Positions 15,590-28,380 of a stretch of 64,000 bases of DNA are shown in pieces. Both the position numbers and the translations under genes were made by a program. The notes under the pieces were generated by a model, which saw nothing but the letters and a program-made list of their open reading frames with translations, was not told the origin of the DNA and did not search any database. Source of the DNA: Octopus vulgaris. Taxonomy: Eukaryota. How positions within the stretch are numbered: the stretch's first letter is position 1; each line of letters begins with the position of its first letter. The stretch is from positions 110,360,001-110,424,000 of the forward strand of contig OX597822.1 in assembly GCA_951406725.2 (NCBI GenBank), in the 5' to 3' direction.

Positions 15590-16350
15590 ATCTTTATTTA
15601 AAATGCAGTACACATAAGCGATCTCCGGGCAAATCTCTGCGCCAACCCTAATCATAACATTTCAGTAGGCCTGCCAATATTAAATATTTACGCTGCTTCC
15701 TTTCACAACCAGTTGCATTCGAAATGAATCAAAATAAGAGTGATTAGTAATCAATAGATATACCACCGCATGAAAAATGAATTAATAATTGCACAAACTA
15801 GAAAATTCATTTTTCAGTCGACTAAATTGGCCATACTGCTGTCATGGCTTCTACTATAAACTGTTTATGAAATTAAGCTACGTGAGCTAATTGAGATATG
15901 ACTGTTTTGAGCTATTGTGGTGGTGTTTTTAGTAATACGGTATAAGTGAAAAGGTGCTGTACATTGCAGCATGGTGTGATCTAATGGAGTTATTTCCTGT
16001 AATAAAGTGCAATAGAGTATTATATTGAAGGTGTACTGTAACCTTCAATGAGATGGTGTCAACCAGAATAATCCGATGGAAAAATGTGATATAATTGTAA
16101 AGAAGTTCATTTTTTTTGCTTTGCGAAAGGAAAAAAAATATCAACGTTTCGGATGCAATCCCGTTTTCAAAATGAAGGGGCTTGATGAAATAATGCAAAT
16201 CTCTGTGTGTGTTTGAATTATCGTAATCGTAGATGTAGTAATGAAGTTGTGTAGCTTGGTGTGGTAGAGATGGAATAGTATAGAAGCTAAACGTGGTTAA
16301 ATAATAAAAGTGATTCTAATGCTTCTATAGGATCATGAAGTGGCAGGCAC
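15590..16350 (+). pseudogene. Decayed LRRCT-TM-TIR relic (TLR-like, 3' part of relic 2)
   Basis: YLKCSTHKRSPGKSL (LRRCT-like), YDCF/SY (~15897), single-frame NINVSDAIPFSK*RGLMK*CKSLCVFELS resembling the TIR motifs NI.DAI..S.K and S.WC.FEL. Confidence 0.5.
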
Positions 16351-17032
16351 ATCTGGGTCATAATATTTAATTTTAATTTGTGCTAAAATCCGACCGAAGC
16401 CAGATTCGCGTTTCATTCTACAACGTTGATAAAAGAATTACTGGAATTATTATATTGAGATTGACAGACTGACTCACAGACAGAGGATATAGGAGTTTTA
16501 TTGACATATATGACAGAATAATACTTTTTGTTTAGTTTCATGCAATGAAATCATTTTGCAGAGTAGCTTAATATCTCGTGGTGTGGAATTGTGGACGTGA
16601 TTCCTTACGATGTATTAAAGACAGTAACCTTAGTGATATCTAAAATAATTTAGTATAATGTTCATTCGTCTCTAATTGCTTCTCGATATTTGCTTTTAAA
16701 ATGCTTAGAATAACAATTAATAAACTTATATTTAATCAGTCGTTACTATTTTACAAAAATATAAGATCAAAAGAAATAATTTTTACATCACATGACTCAT
16801 ATTAATGTAATTATTTAAGTTATAATTACTGTTTGGTAATTATCCAGTGGAAGAAGCACTTTATCTAAATGTTAAATTCACATTTCATTTATTTTTTTCT
16901 TGCGCCAACATTTTCGTCGCTCCGATGCCAGTTGGACACTGACACAGTTCAGATATATGTTGAAATTTGAATTCTACAGTGATCTTTTGGCTAAAATTTG
17001 TAGCTTGTAAAAGTAGTTTTTAGTCAGATATA

Positions 17033-17419
17033 TCTTTATATATAAAAGTCAAGTTTTGTGTCTGTCTCCTACGATTTAGATTCCTAACTACTCCCACATT
17101 TTGCGGTGCAGTTTAACCAAAACCGGGTATCTTATAGTCGTGATTCATATCGAGCCCTTCTGGGTATTAGCGCGCGTCTACGATGAGTCTACGATTTTTT
17201 AAAAAGAATTTACCATCATTTTTTTCCATTTTATTGCATTTTTTCGCTATTATATAAGGGAAGTAACTCTCTAAAAATGTCTACGATGAGTCAACGATTT
17301 AAAAAAAAAATACCGTATTTTTTTTCCATTTTTTTGCTATTTTTTGGCTATAACTCTCTAAAAATGCTTATATAGTTATTTCCCTTACAAACCCGAGGAA
17401 CGCCGAGCGATACTGCTTG
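17033..17419 (+). mobile_element. Non-autonomous Helitron
   Basis: Same family as 5199-5596; TC start, terminal hairpin, CTTG variant end. Confidence 0.87.
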
Positions 17420-17696
17420 TTAGATTATAAAATCATTCGCGAATTTTGAGTCTAGTATTTAGTTTCAAATTTTGTAGCTAAACTCAGAGGTGTTTGTCAC
17501 TGGATAAGAATACATAATAATACAGGTAATTCACAGACGTAGCAACCATTTTTTAGAGTGAGTTAAATTATTCTGCTTTGAGAGATAAAAATTAGTAAAC
17601 ACTAAAAGCTGAGTTGTTTGAACATTCTCTCACTTTAAGTTCACACTTCACACCTACACATGAATTTAACGAATTCTTATCTGATTAAAACAAATA

Positions 17697-18961
17697 TTAG
17701 GTCGTCAAGTATGAAATTTGTAGTAAGGTATATGTTAAATTTGACAGCTGCTCATTTTGCGCCATTATTATATTTTCACAATCTTTATTTTTTGTTACAA
17801 ATCTGACACATCTATTTCATTATTCTAACTCATTTTGCTCTTTATAAAGTATTTATAAATCGTTTTCTGCTATTTTTGTTTAGAGATGGATAAGTCGGAA
17901 ATTCGTACATTTTTGGAATATGTGTTCTTTCTTGGAAATACAGCATCACGGATAGCTCGGAATATTAATGGAGCATTTCATTCTAATGTTATTACACAAC
18001 AGACAGAATCAAATTGGTTTGCAAAATTTCGTTTTGTTAACTTTGACTTCACAAATGATTAACGCGGTCGACAAGAAACAAAGGTGTATAATGACAAACC
18101 GAAAGCCACCGTCGAGTCAGATCCATCTCAAAGTGCCCCTGAATTATCGTTGTTGTTTGATGTTAGCATGCAAACAATATTGACTCACCTAGTTCAAATC
18201 GGTAAAGTGAACAATTTGGATAAGTGGGTTCCACATGAACTTAATGAAAATTCGAAACGGCAACGATTTGAAGCCTGCATTATGCTACTTTCTCGTTACA
18301 AAAATGAATAATTTTTGAATCGAATTGTAACATGTGATAAGAAATGGATCCAATGCAACAACGATAAACGTTCAGCACAATGGTTGGACAAAGACGAGCA
18401 ACCACAATACAGTCCCAAAAGCAAAATTTATCAAAAGAAGCTGATGGTGTGTGTCTGGTGGTCTGGCACAGGTGTGATCCATTATGATTTCATTAAACGT
18501 GGCTCATCAATCACGGCCGAAGCATACTGCAACTAACTGGACCGAATGATGCAGAAACTTACAAAAAAAAAACAGCCTAGATTAGTCAACATATCCACTC
18601 CTGTTTTATTGCAAGACAATACTAGACCGCACATTATAAAAATCCCATTGGATTTGGAGTTGAAAGTTCATCATCCACTATTCTCACCTGATCTGGTCCC
18701 CACTGAATACCACTCCTTCCAGAATTTTGATAACTCTTTGATAGGGAAAAAAATTTCCGACGATACTGTGAAACAGGCCTTCTAAGATTTCATTGACTCT
18801 AGATTGCCAGGCTTTTACAGTTCCGGGTAGGAAAATCTACCACTGAAATGGCAAAAGAGAATTGACAATATGGGTGCATACTTTGATGAATGAAACTATT
18901 CTTTGTATTTATAAAACAGCAAACTTTTTACCATTCTAAAATTTCATACTTGACGACCTAA
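17697..18961 (+). mobile_element. Full-length defective mariner transposon (cecropia/Hsmar1-like)
   Basis: Perfect 23-bp TIRs ttaggtcgtcaagtatgaaattt, TA TSD; transposase 17886-18893 with WVPHEL, IVTCD.KW, LLQDNTRPH, FSPDLVP.EY, GAYFDE*; several stops and a frameshift. Confidence 0.95.
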
Positions 18962-19072
18962 TATTTGGCTTATACAATGAAACCCTTAAATATCATTAAC
19001 TGCGATAGCTTTATTTACATTATTTACATTATTTACATTTGACGGATATTTGTCCTCATCTTGTTTATTAAT

Positions 19073-19118
19073 AACACAACGTTTCGGCTGACATACCCTC
19101 CAGTCTTCATCAGGTGTC
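19073..19118 (-). ncRNA. Minimal type I hammerhead ribozyme
   Basis: gacac-CTGATGA-a-gactg..cagcc-GAAA-cgtt-gtgtt; stem I gacac/gtgtt, palindromic ACGT stem III; one mismatch in stem II. Confidence 0.75.
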
Positions 19119-19384
19119 TTGGGAAAATTTCGAACCTGGGTCCTCATTCTTATGTCGTTATTATTGTTCAGGTCACTGCTTGGAATCGAACTCGGAATCT
19201 TGGGGTTAGTAGCCCGCGCTCTTAATCACTATGCCATATTGCTCGTGGACTATTATGGAGTGAATTTTAGGGCTTATAAATCTAATATTTTTCTATCTTT
19301 CCTTAATACCGGTTCCCATATGCTGCTCATATCTGCACTCATTCTGCTTAGGAGGTTGTTGTGTCCTAGCATATGTGCAACTTC

Positions 19385-19515
19385 GGATCTTTACCTTTTG
19401 ACCGACAGATTTAAAAAATACTTTTTGGTAACTAAATACTTTCAAACTTCGGACACTGGTAGAATGTGTCATATAAAACATCTTTTACTCTTAGCATTTT
19501 TGAGAAAAACTTATA
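19385..19515. mobile_element. Mutator-type MITE arm inserted in the Penelope fragment
   Basis: Matches the TIR of 21373-21801. Confidence 0.8.
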
Positions 19516-20684
19516 CACGCAGTCTTTAGTCATATTCTCTTCCATTGGTGGTTTTATTCGAAGGAGATATTTGCAAAGTATTGTATTACAAACAAGATGA
19601 GTGCACATAGCCGTCAAATGTAAATAATGTAAGTAACGTACATAATTCCTCATCTCTTAAATATAAAACTGTGCGAAAGCTTTGTCGTTAAGTTCTAGTA
19701 TATTTAATCAAACATTCACAGCTTCGCTGAAAAGCAATTTTCTAACTGACTGCTAACATATACAGTAAGGTGTACAAATGAAGAAAAGCATGTTTCAGAA
19801 AGTTTGGGGCCAATACTCTGCCGCGATTTCGAGTGTTTTAAAGTGGTTAAGATATGAAAGGAAAACATAAAAGCGACAGAAAACGCATCATGCCTCCATA
19901 TCTTCCTACCGTCTCTTGATGTAATTAGTTTTATCTGTTTATGAGCAGTTACAAATCCAATCAATATTTATATCTGAAAATAAGAAAGCTTAACAAGTAG
20001 GTCGTATTGATTTATTAAATAAAGAAAGTAACGTACAGATAAAAATAACTGTAAAACCAATTAGTTAGCATCAGGATAAAATAAGATAGTAGTGTTTTTA
20101 AAAATATTATTTGTTTTATTTATTCCAGTGCACCTATAAGTGAATACGTGCTTTTGCGTCCTTCTTAGTGCAGTTAATTACCTCTCATGCCGAACTTATT
20201 CCAACTACAGCCCGCCACTCTGAATATATTTAAGTATATAATAATCACTTATGAAGCGACAAGAAATTATCAAGAATGTGCAATTAAAAGAAGAAATAAA
20301 AGAAAACATTTGCAAATATCCCAATTGTTTGGGCTCGTATGGAATCTGCACAACGGTACAACGTAATCTATTAGTTCGAATCGATATGGTGAGAGAGTTG
20401 ATACCGCTCACTCGCAAAGATATCTTTCTAGTCTTGAGAAGATCAGGATGAAACAACATGATATGTATTTATACATGTGAATGCAAAGGTCTAGCCTTCG
20501 TTCGAAGTGTTTATAACAAAATCTAAGACCGAGAGAAAGCAGTCGAGAAGAGACGGGATATCCACAGCCATCTCGGGAGAGTAAGACGGGAGAATAATTT
20601 CTGTTGACGTGAAAAGGAACAATTGAATTATATAGTGTTTATGGCTTCGTCCGTGATTTGAAGCCGTACCTACCTTATGAAGCA

Positions 20685-20820
20685 AACACACACACACAAA
20701 CACACATGCACACATACACACACAAACACGCACACACACACAAATACACATGTGTACACATATGCACACACACAAACATGCACACACACACAAACACACA
20801 CGCATATACACACACACATG

Positions 20821-20871
<51 letters not shown>

Positions 20872-20875
20872 ACAA
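20685..20875. repeat. (CA)n microsatellite
   Basis: Direct reading. Confidence 0.95.
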
Positions 20876-21372
20876 AACGAAAACAGAAAAATGTTGAGAT
20901 AATAATGATTTTTTTTTTTTTATAAACCGCTCAGCACAGAATTATAATGGTTTATCATGTTGGAACATGACCAGAAATATATAAGGAAGCTTCAGTACCA
21001 ATTAAATCGATTCCAAGTATACTAGTGGCATTGTATTGATCCCAAGTCAAGTTAGTAGTCGGAACATAGAGATTCGTAACTAAAAATTATAATACATTCA
21101 AGGTACGTAACTAAAAAAGATTCAGTCCAGTTCTATGCACTTAATTAATCATGCACTGTCTTCGTGCAGCAGTAACAGATCAATGAAGGCTTTTTATGCC
21201 AAAGTTAGTATTGTTCTCTCTTGCGAAATCCGAGGGCGTTTAGAAACACTAACACCCTATTAACCAACAAAGTTACTAATATAATATATCTTTAAAATAT
21301 CTTCTTTAAGTGACAGTTTAATACTAAACTAATTTTTCAACTGTTTTTAATAACGGTATTAAAACCATTTTT

Positions 21373-21801
21373 GGATCTTTTCCCTTTGAACGGCAGATCG
21401 AGAAATTAATTTTTTGTAACTAAACACTTTCAAACTTCGGACACTGGTATAATGTGTTACATAAAACATCTTTTACCCTTAGTGTTGTTGAGAAAAAGTT
21501 TCTATTTTCAAAGTTATTTCGTGTTAAAGTAGTCGTACTTCAGTAATTTCAACCAATCAATGACGTGTATTAAGCTGAATAAAATTTACTGCCGTTGTTT
21601 GTCAACAACAACTATCGGCGGTCATTGATTGGTTGAAATTACCGAAATACAACAACTTTAACAACAAATAACTTTGAAAATAGAAACTTTTCTCAACCAC
21701 ACTAAGAGTAAAAGATGTTTTATATGGCACATACTACCAGTGTCTGAAGTTTGAAAGTGTTTAGTTACAAAAAATCAATTTCTCGATCTGCCGTAAGATC
21801 C
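21373..21801. mobile_element. Mutator-like (MULE) MITE / foldback element
   Basis: ~180-bp imperfect TIRs ggatc...gatcc with a short spacer; exact 9-bp TSD accattttt. Confidence 0.88.
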
Positions 21802-22132
21802 ACCATTTTTTGTGGCAGTATTATTTTACACTCATTTCGAAAGTATTCGTCACATGTCAGAAAGAAACTTCGCAAGACTTCCATATATTCTTTAGAATGA
21901 TTTTAATAACATAGTTCTATTTGAAATGTTTTGACATTTTAAGATATTAAATTGTTAAATTATCCTTGACCATATTATTCTTAATCAGAACATTAAGTTT
22001 CCCCGAACATTGCACTCTTAAAATATCGTGGACACATTTAATGGCAGTTTTATCCATTCTGTGTGAATAGCTATTTATTTATCATATTATTCAGAAAGTA
22101 TTATCGTACTAATAGATTATTTAGCGGCTTAA

Positions 22133-22365
22133 GGCGGTGAGCTGGCAGAAACGTTAGCGCGCCGGGCGAAATGCTTAGCAGTACTTCGTCTGGCCGTTAC
22201 TTTCTGAGTTCAAATTCCGCCGAGGTCGACATTGCCTTTCATCCTTTCGGGGTCTATTAAATAAGTACCAGCTACGCACTGGGGTCGATATAATCGACTT
22301 AATCCGTTTGTCTGTCCTTGTTTGTCCTCTCTGTGTTCAGCCCCTTGTTGGTATTAAACAAAAAG
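22133..22365 (+). mobile_element. SINE family A, full length
   Basis: Consensus match; agattatttag on both flanks. Confidence 0.93.
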
Positions 22366-22519
22366 ATTATTTAGTTGTTTCTTAAGTCTGCTGGATTGGC
22401 TGAATCTTTAGAGCATCGGAAAAATACGTCGCATTATTTGTTCCGGTTCGCCAGGTTCAAATCCCACCGAGATAAACTTTGCCATTCATATTTGCTAGCC
22501 TTGTGCCTAAATTAAAACC

Positions 22520-23100
22520 AACGTCTTAGCTTGTAAACCTCAAGCTCTAGTCTTAATCAAGGGGAAGACGAATGGCCTTATAGTCATTACGTTAATGAAA
22601 GAGAATTTAAAATAACCTTGAACATCAGTCCAATGTAACGAGACTCATAGTATAAAATTTCCTGCTACAAAATACTTGCAAGTGATTCGAACCCATGCAC
22701 CTGGTAGACTAACTTATTAGTTTCACAATTTGGGACCTCTACTAATCATTATCAATAACTGCTAGTTTTGTTGTTAATTGCTCTTTGTAGTGAGAAATTA
22801 ATAAGTGAAAATATTAGAATGTAAGGTGTTATTTGTCTTTCTAGTTTATTTTTTGTCTCTGGTTTCTCTTATCGAAAGCTTCAAGTAATTAATGCAACAA
22901 AAAGGACAATAAAAAAAGAGTATAAAATAAAACCACAATTTAAGTAAGGCAATAAGATGATGTTTGTAATTCCATATATTATCCAATGCCAAACTAGATG
23001 ATTTTTCAAGAAAGAGAAATGACAGGACTCATTAGACCACTGTAAGGAAAACATGCAGAACTCATCAAGGAATGGCATTTAACTCAAATGCTTTATTCGT
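22520..23100 (-). pseudogene. Possible LRRCT-TM-TIR relic
   Basis: PFLDEFCMFSLQW (LRRCT-like), hydrophobic ILYSFFIVLFVALIT, downstream KYFVAGK (resembles TIR RDFVAG). Confidence 0.28.
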
Positions 23101-24116
23101 TTCATTTATTCAATCTTAATTTGTCAGTTGCCTGGAAAGTGGCTCCTTTTCGATTGGACATTATTTGATTTATTATACAAACAGGGAATAATCATCTAGT
23201 TTAATATAAACTAATCTTTCTTTTCAAAGTGCACTCAAAGTGCATGCATTTCTCTTATATAAAATCCGCTCAAATGTGTAATGTAGACACCGACGGTATC
23301 AGGATGTGTATAAGTCTTGAAAAAATCACAAAAATCTATTCCAGGTGAGAATGCGATAGATAAAGCCGTGGGAACGTGCATTTGTACGCGCAAGTACATC
23401 AGCATCGTCCATTGGAGGGGGCCTTTTGCTTGTATTCCCTTCTTTCCTGAGCGTCCAATAATACTTTATTTGTTCCACGTCCTCGCGTTGCTGTGTTTTT
23501 TTTGTGTTTTCTTGTTTGGATTAACTTTATATATATATGCATGCAATTATGCGGAAAAACAAATTAGGTATAACAGAATGGGTGCATGGGTTTGATATAT
23601 TATACATAAATATATGTAATATATGTGTATGTATATTGGTGCCTTCCTGCCTTCGATCTTCTACAGAGGACAGCTCTTATAATAGCAGTACGCTCTAGAT
23701 ATTCGCGGATGTACGGAATAAAGAAGATATTTTGTTTGTTCTCTCAATTCTTTTACAAAAAGAATCTTGTCTTTCGGATCTCTTTCCTCTAAAGTGTTAA
23801 AATAGAGATGTCGACGTGGTGATAATAAATATGATTATTCTATTTTGACTGGTTTCTGTTGCATTATCTTTGAAAGAACGAGCAGCGAATGCTCAGTATT
23901 CAGAAATTAGGAGTCGAGTTCTAAATATTGAAATTTATGTCGATGTTCAAATTCTTTAATTACTTTATCGTAGTCCTTTGCTCATTCTATATTTAATTAA
24001 GCATAACTCCTTTCAAGAAGGAGCTTTCCACGGAAGTATTAAAGGCTTTTGCGATTAACAGTCGTTTTGAAATCTCACAATATTTTGCTATTTAAAATCT
24101 GTATAACCACATCTGT

Positions 24117-24424
24117 GGAGGTGCAATGGCCCAGTGGTTAGCGCAGCGGACTTGTGGTCGTAGGATCGCGGTTTCGATTCCCAGACCGGTCGTTGTGAGT
24201 GTTTATTGAGCGAAAACACCTAAAAGCTCCACGACGCTCCGGTAGGGGGTGGCGACCCCTGCTGTACTCTTTCGCCACAACTTTCTCTCACTCTTTCTTC
24301 TGTTGGCCTGCTCGCTTAGCCAGCGGGGTGGCGTCATTTGAAGGCTAACACAATGCGAAGCGTATTGTGACCAGGGATGTGTAGCAACATCTGATGGCCT
24401 GGTCGGTCACGGTGATCACGGTGA
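24117..24424 (+). mobile_element. SINE family B (tRNA-derived), tail type 1
   Basis: A box tggcccagtggtt, B box ggtttcgattcc; TSD ataaccacatct; copies at 29499 and 36028. Confidence 0.92.
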
Positions 24425-24657
24425 TAACCACATCTAAATATAATTAATAATAGCCGTTTATACGAAAATCTGCAGCGATAGGTTTTCGGTGGTGTACATA
24501 ACAATTATGCTGGTAAAATTAAGAAAAAGTAATAATATATGTTTATTCTAAAATTGAATAAGTCAAATGAGAAACGTATATACTATATGGTATTACTCAT
24601 TTCCTCTTTATATGGTCTATACTCTAGAGTCAATATCCTGTAACATATTACTTCAAA

Positions 24658-24691
<34 letters not shown>

Positions 24692-24991
24692 CCTGTGTGT
24701 GTGCGCGTGTGAGTGTAATGTAAACGGAAGGACTGCAAAGATTGAAGAGTCTCAGACGATCACTATTTAAGTAAATATATAAAAATTATTTATAACATTA
24801 ATACGTAAATATCTATATATTTATACCTAAATATTCATCGTCTGGAAATCTCCAATCTTTGCTTCCGTTGTGCTTACACATCCACACCCACACACATACA
24901 CCTACATACCTATATGTATATAGAGAGAGGATGAAGACAGGTGGTGTACAAAACAAACATATGTTTTAGGTTAACGCTCGGGAAGTGACAG

Positions 24992-25029
24992 TCTTTAACG
25001 TTTCGAGCCTACGCTCTTCCACAGAAAGA
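24992..25029 (-). ncRNA. Minimal hammerhead-like ribozyme (variant core)
   Basis: tcttt-CTGTGGA-a-gagc-gtag-gctc-GAAA-cgtt-aaaga; 5-bp stem I and 4-bp stem II, core differs from CUGANGA at one position. Confidence 0.55.
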
Positions 25030-25060
25030 AACAGGGAGAGAAAATAAAGAGATACACATA

Positions 25061-25097
<37 letters not shown>

Positions 25098-25289
25098 TAG
25101 ACAAAATGATATAACAAAGCCAAAGCTTTGAGGAGTTTTCAGGACATTTATGAGGAAAAACTGCTAACAAGAACGGTCCACGCTACACCCCTCCATTTTC
25201 CCAAACTATAGATAGCATTACCCCTAAGCACCCATATGCATACATGTACGTACGTGTCTGATCGTCCTGGAAGGGATGATTGTTACTGT

Positions 25290-26003
25290 TATAAATTTAA
25301 AACCTAGAACTAGAATTAGGAAAGGTTTATGGTTTAATACCGCATTTAATATGGCCTTAAAAACTAATATAGGTAGAGAATTCTTAAAATTAGTTTCTAA
25401 GCATTTTCAATCTAGCCATAAGTTCTATAGAATATTTAATAGGAGAACAATGAAGGTTAGCTATTCTTGTTACAAAATCTCCGCCTCTTTCATTAGCCAA
25501 AATGACACAACAATTATTACAGACAACTACCGTGCCGAATCTAATCTGAGGCACCGCATCTGCAGAGATGAGACTTTCTGTACGTTGGAAGTAAAATGTC
25601 TTGTAAAAGGTATTGTTTATAAAACCAATGTGCACTTAGATGGCTCGTAGATGGCTGTATATATAAAAAATATACAGGGGCTTCGGAAAATTCATTCAAG
25701 ACTTGATTCTATCCCCACCGAAATTCTTTCCCATAGCCTGAGAACAGGACAGCGACTATTCTTGCAAAGCATATCTCAGAATTGAAAGAAAATGACACCC
25801 GTCCTTTCAATGTAAACTGGAATATTCTAGAAAAAGCATCAGCATACAGACATGAAGCTTATAAAAGACCTATGAAATGTAATCTTTGCCTCTTCATCCT
25901 GTTCCAGGATAAAAATGCTTTGAACCAGAGTCGCGATCTATTAAATTCCTGCAGGCACGTCGTAAACTTCAAGATGTCAACCAACAAAATGCAGTGTGGG
26001 TAA
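25290..26003 (+). mobile_element. Penelope-like (Naiad-type) GIY-YIG region, decayed
   Basis: RKGLWFN..F...KTNIGREFL.L..KHF...HK..RIFNR.T.KVSYSC, CR...C.L..KCL.KGIVYK, WNILEKAS.Y, CNLCL, LLNSCRH. Confidence 0.8.
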
Positions 26004-26345
26004 AATATCTTGCCTTTTGGAAGTTATAAACATATATACATACATACATACGTTTATATATATTTGACTGTCGCATTTGAATTTGGTTTTACACGGTATG
26101 GTTATTTTGCATTGTAATAATAGAGCATATTTCGACTCCATTTTTAAGAAAGCCTTCGTATGTTTTACAAATTTAAGCTTAAAATTCGTCGAGGTTTATT
26201 TTTACTGTCCACTCACGTATTTAATTATGTTATATCAAATTAATGTACAATTTCCTTATTTTTACATTTTAATATTATATACACTGGGCAGTTTTTCACC
26301 TGTAAAAGCTAACCTGTATAAGCATACGCCAGGGGATTTTGTGTG

Positions 26346-27415
<1,070 letters not shown>

Positions 27416-27984
27416 GTACATGGATATACCATAGACAACTATAAAAAATGGAGAGGAGATTTTGAAACTGAAATAGATTTATTATAAAACTGGATTCAAT
27501 GAATACGTACGTTTCGAAAAACAATGCAAAATACTTGAGAAAAAGTATTGATTAAAATTATAATTGAAAATAAACAATTAAATAATTAAAATAAAGAAAA
27601 AAACTGAAAATGAAATTTAAAATTTAATTTATGCATCGTCATTCTCATCAGCGAAGAATCTTTTGAAGGACATCAAAGAAGTTTAATAAGATGAAGTAAA
27701 ATGAAATAAAAATAAAATTAAATGAACATAAAAGAAGATACAATAACAGAATACAGATGGGGCAATAAGAGAAATCCGGTAATTTACAAACTAAGTTGTG
27801 AACGGGAAGAATAATGATATCAGCAATACTAATGTCGAGAGAGAAGAGAAAGAAAAATAAAAAGTAAAAATATATATTAATGTGTATGCAAGTGTATATG
27901 CGCAGTGAATCTATAACATAAGAATCCAACAGATGAGTTTCAAAACGTAATAATAGTAAACACCGTTTTAGATGAAATACAGCG

Positions 27985-28210
27985 TAAAGAAGCCCATCTG
28001 CATGTGTGTTTATATGTTTGTGTCTTTGTTTGTGCCCCTCCTCCACATCGCTTGACAAACGATAGTGGTGCGTTTTCGTTCCTGTAACTTAGTGGTTTGT
28101 CAGAAGCCTCCGATAGAATAAGTACCAGGCTTACAAAGAATAATTCCATCTGTTCGACTAAGGGCGTTGCTCCCGCTTAGCCGCAGTGAAATGACTGAAA
28201 GAAATACAAG
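27985..28210 (+). mobile_element. SINE family D, 5'-truncated
   Basis: Matches the 3' half of 50631-51020. Confidence 0.8.
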
Positions 28211-28281
28211 AATATATATATATATTTATATTTATATATATATATATACATACATATATGTATACACATATATATATATAT

Positions 28282-28353
<72 letters not shown>

Positions 28354-28380
28354 ATACATATATACATATGATTCGATTTG

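Larger units (their letters stand above)
19009..19672 (-). mobile_element. Penelope-like element 3' fragment: GIY-YIG end + tRNA-like + hammerhead pLTR, with inverted pLTR piece
   Basis: KYLLRIKPPMEENMTKDCVY and WEPVLRKDRKILDL* match the 41.0-41.5 kb copy; 19590-19672 is an inverted copy of the element's tail. Confidence 0.82.

Noticed and set aside
24117-24190. Functional tRNA genes at SINE heads and in the pLTR module
   Set aside because: They continue into SINE or pLTR bodies, vary between copies and lack a clear acceptor stem and terminator.
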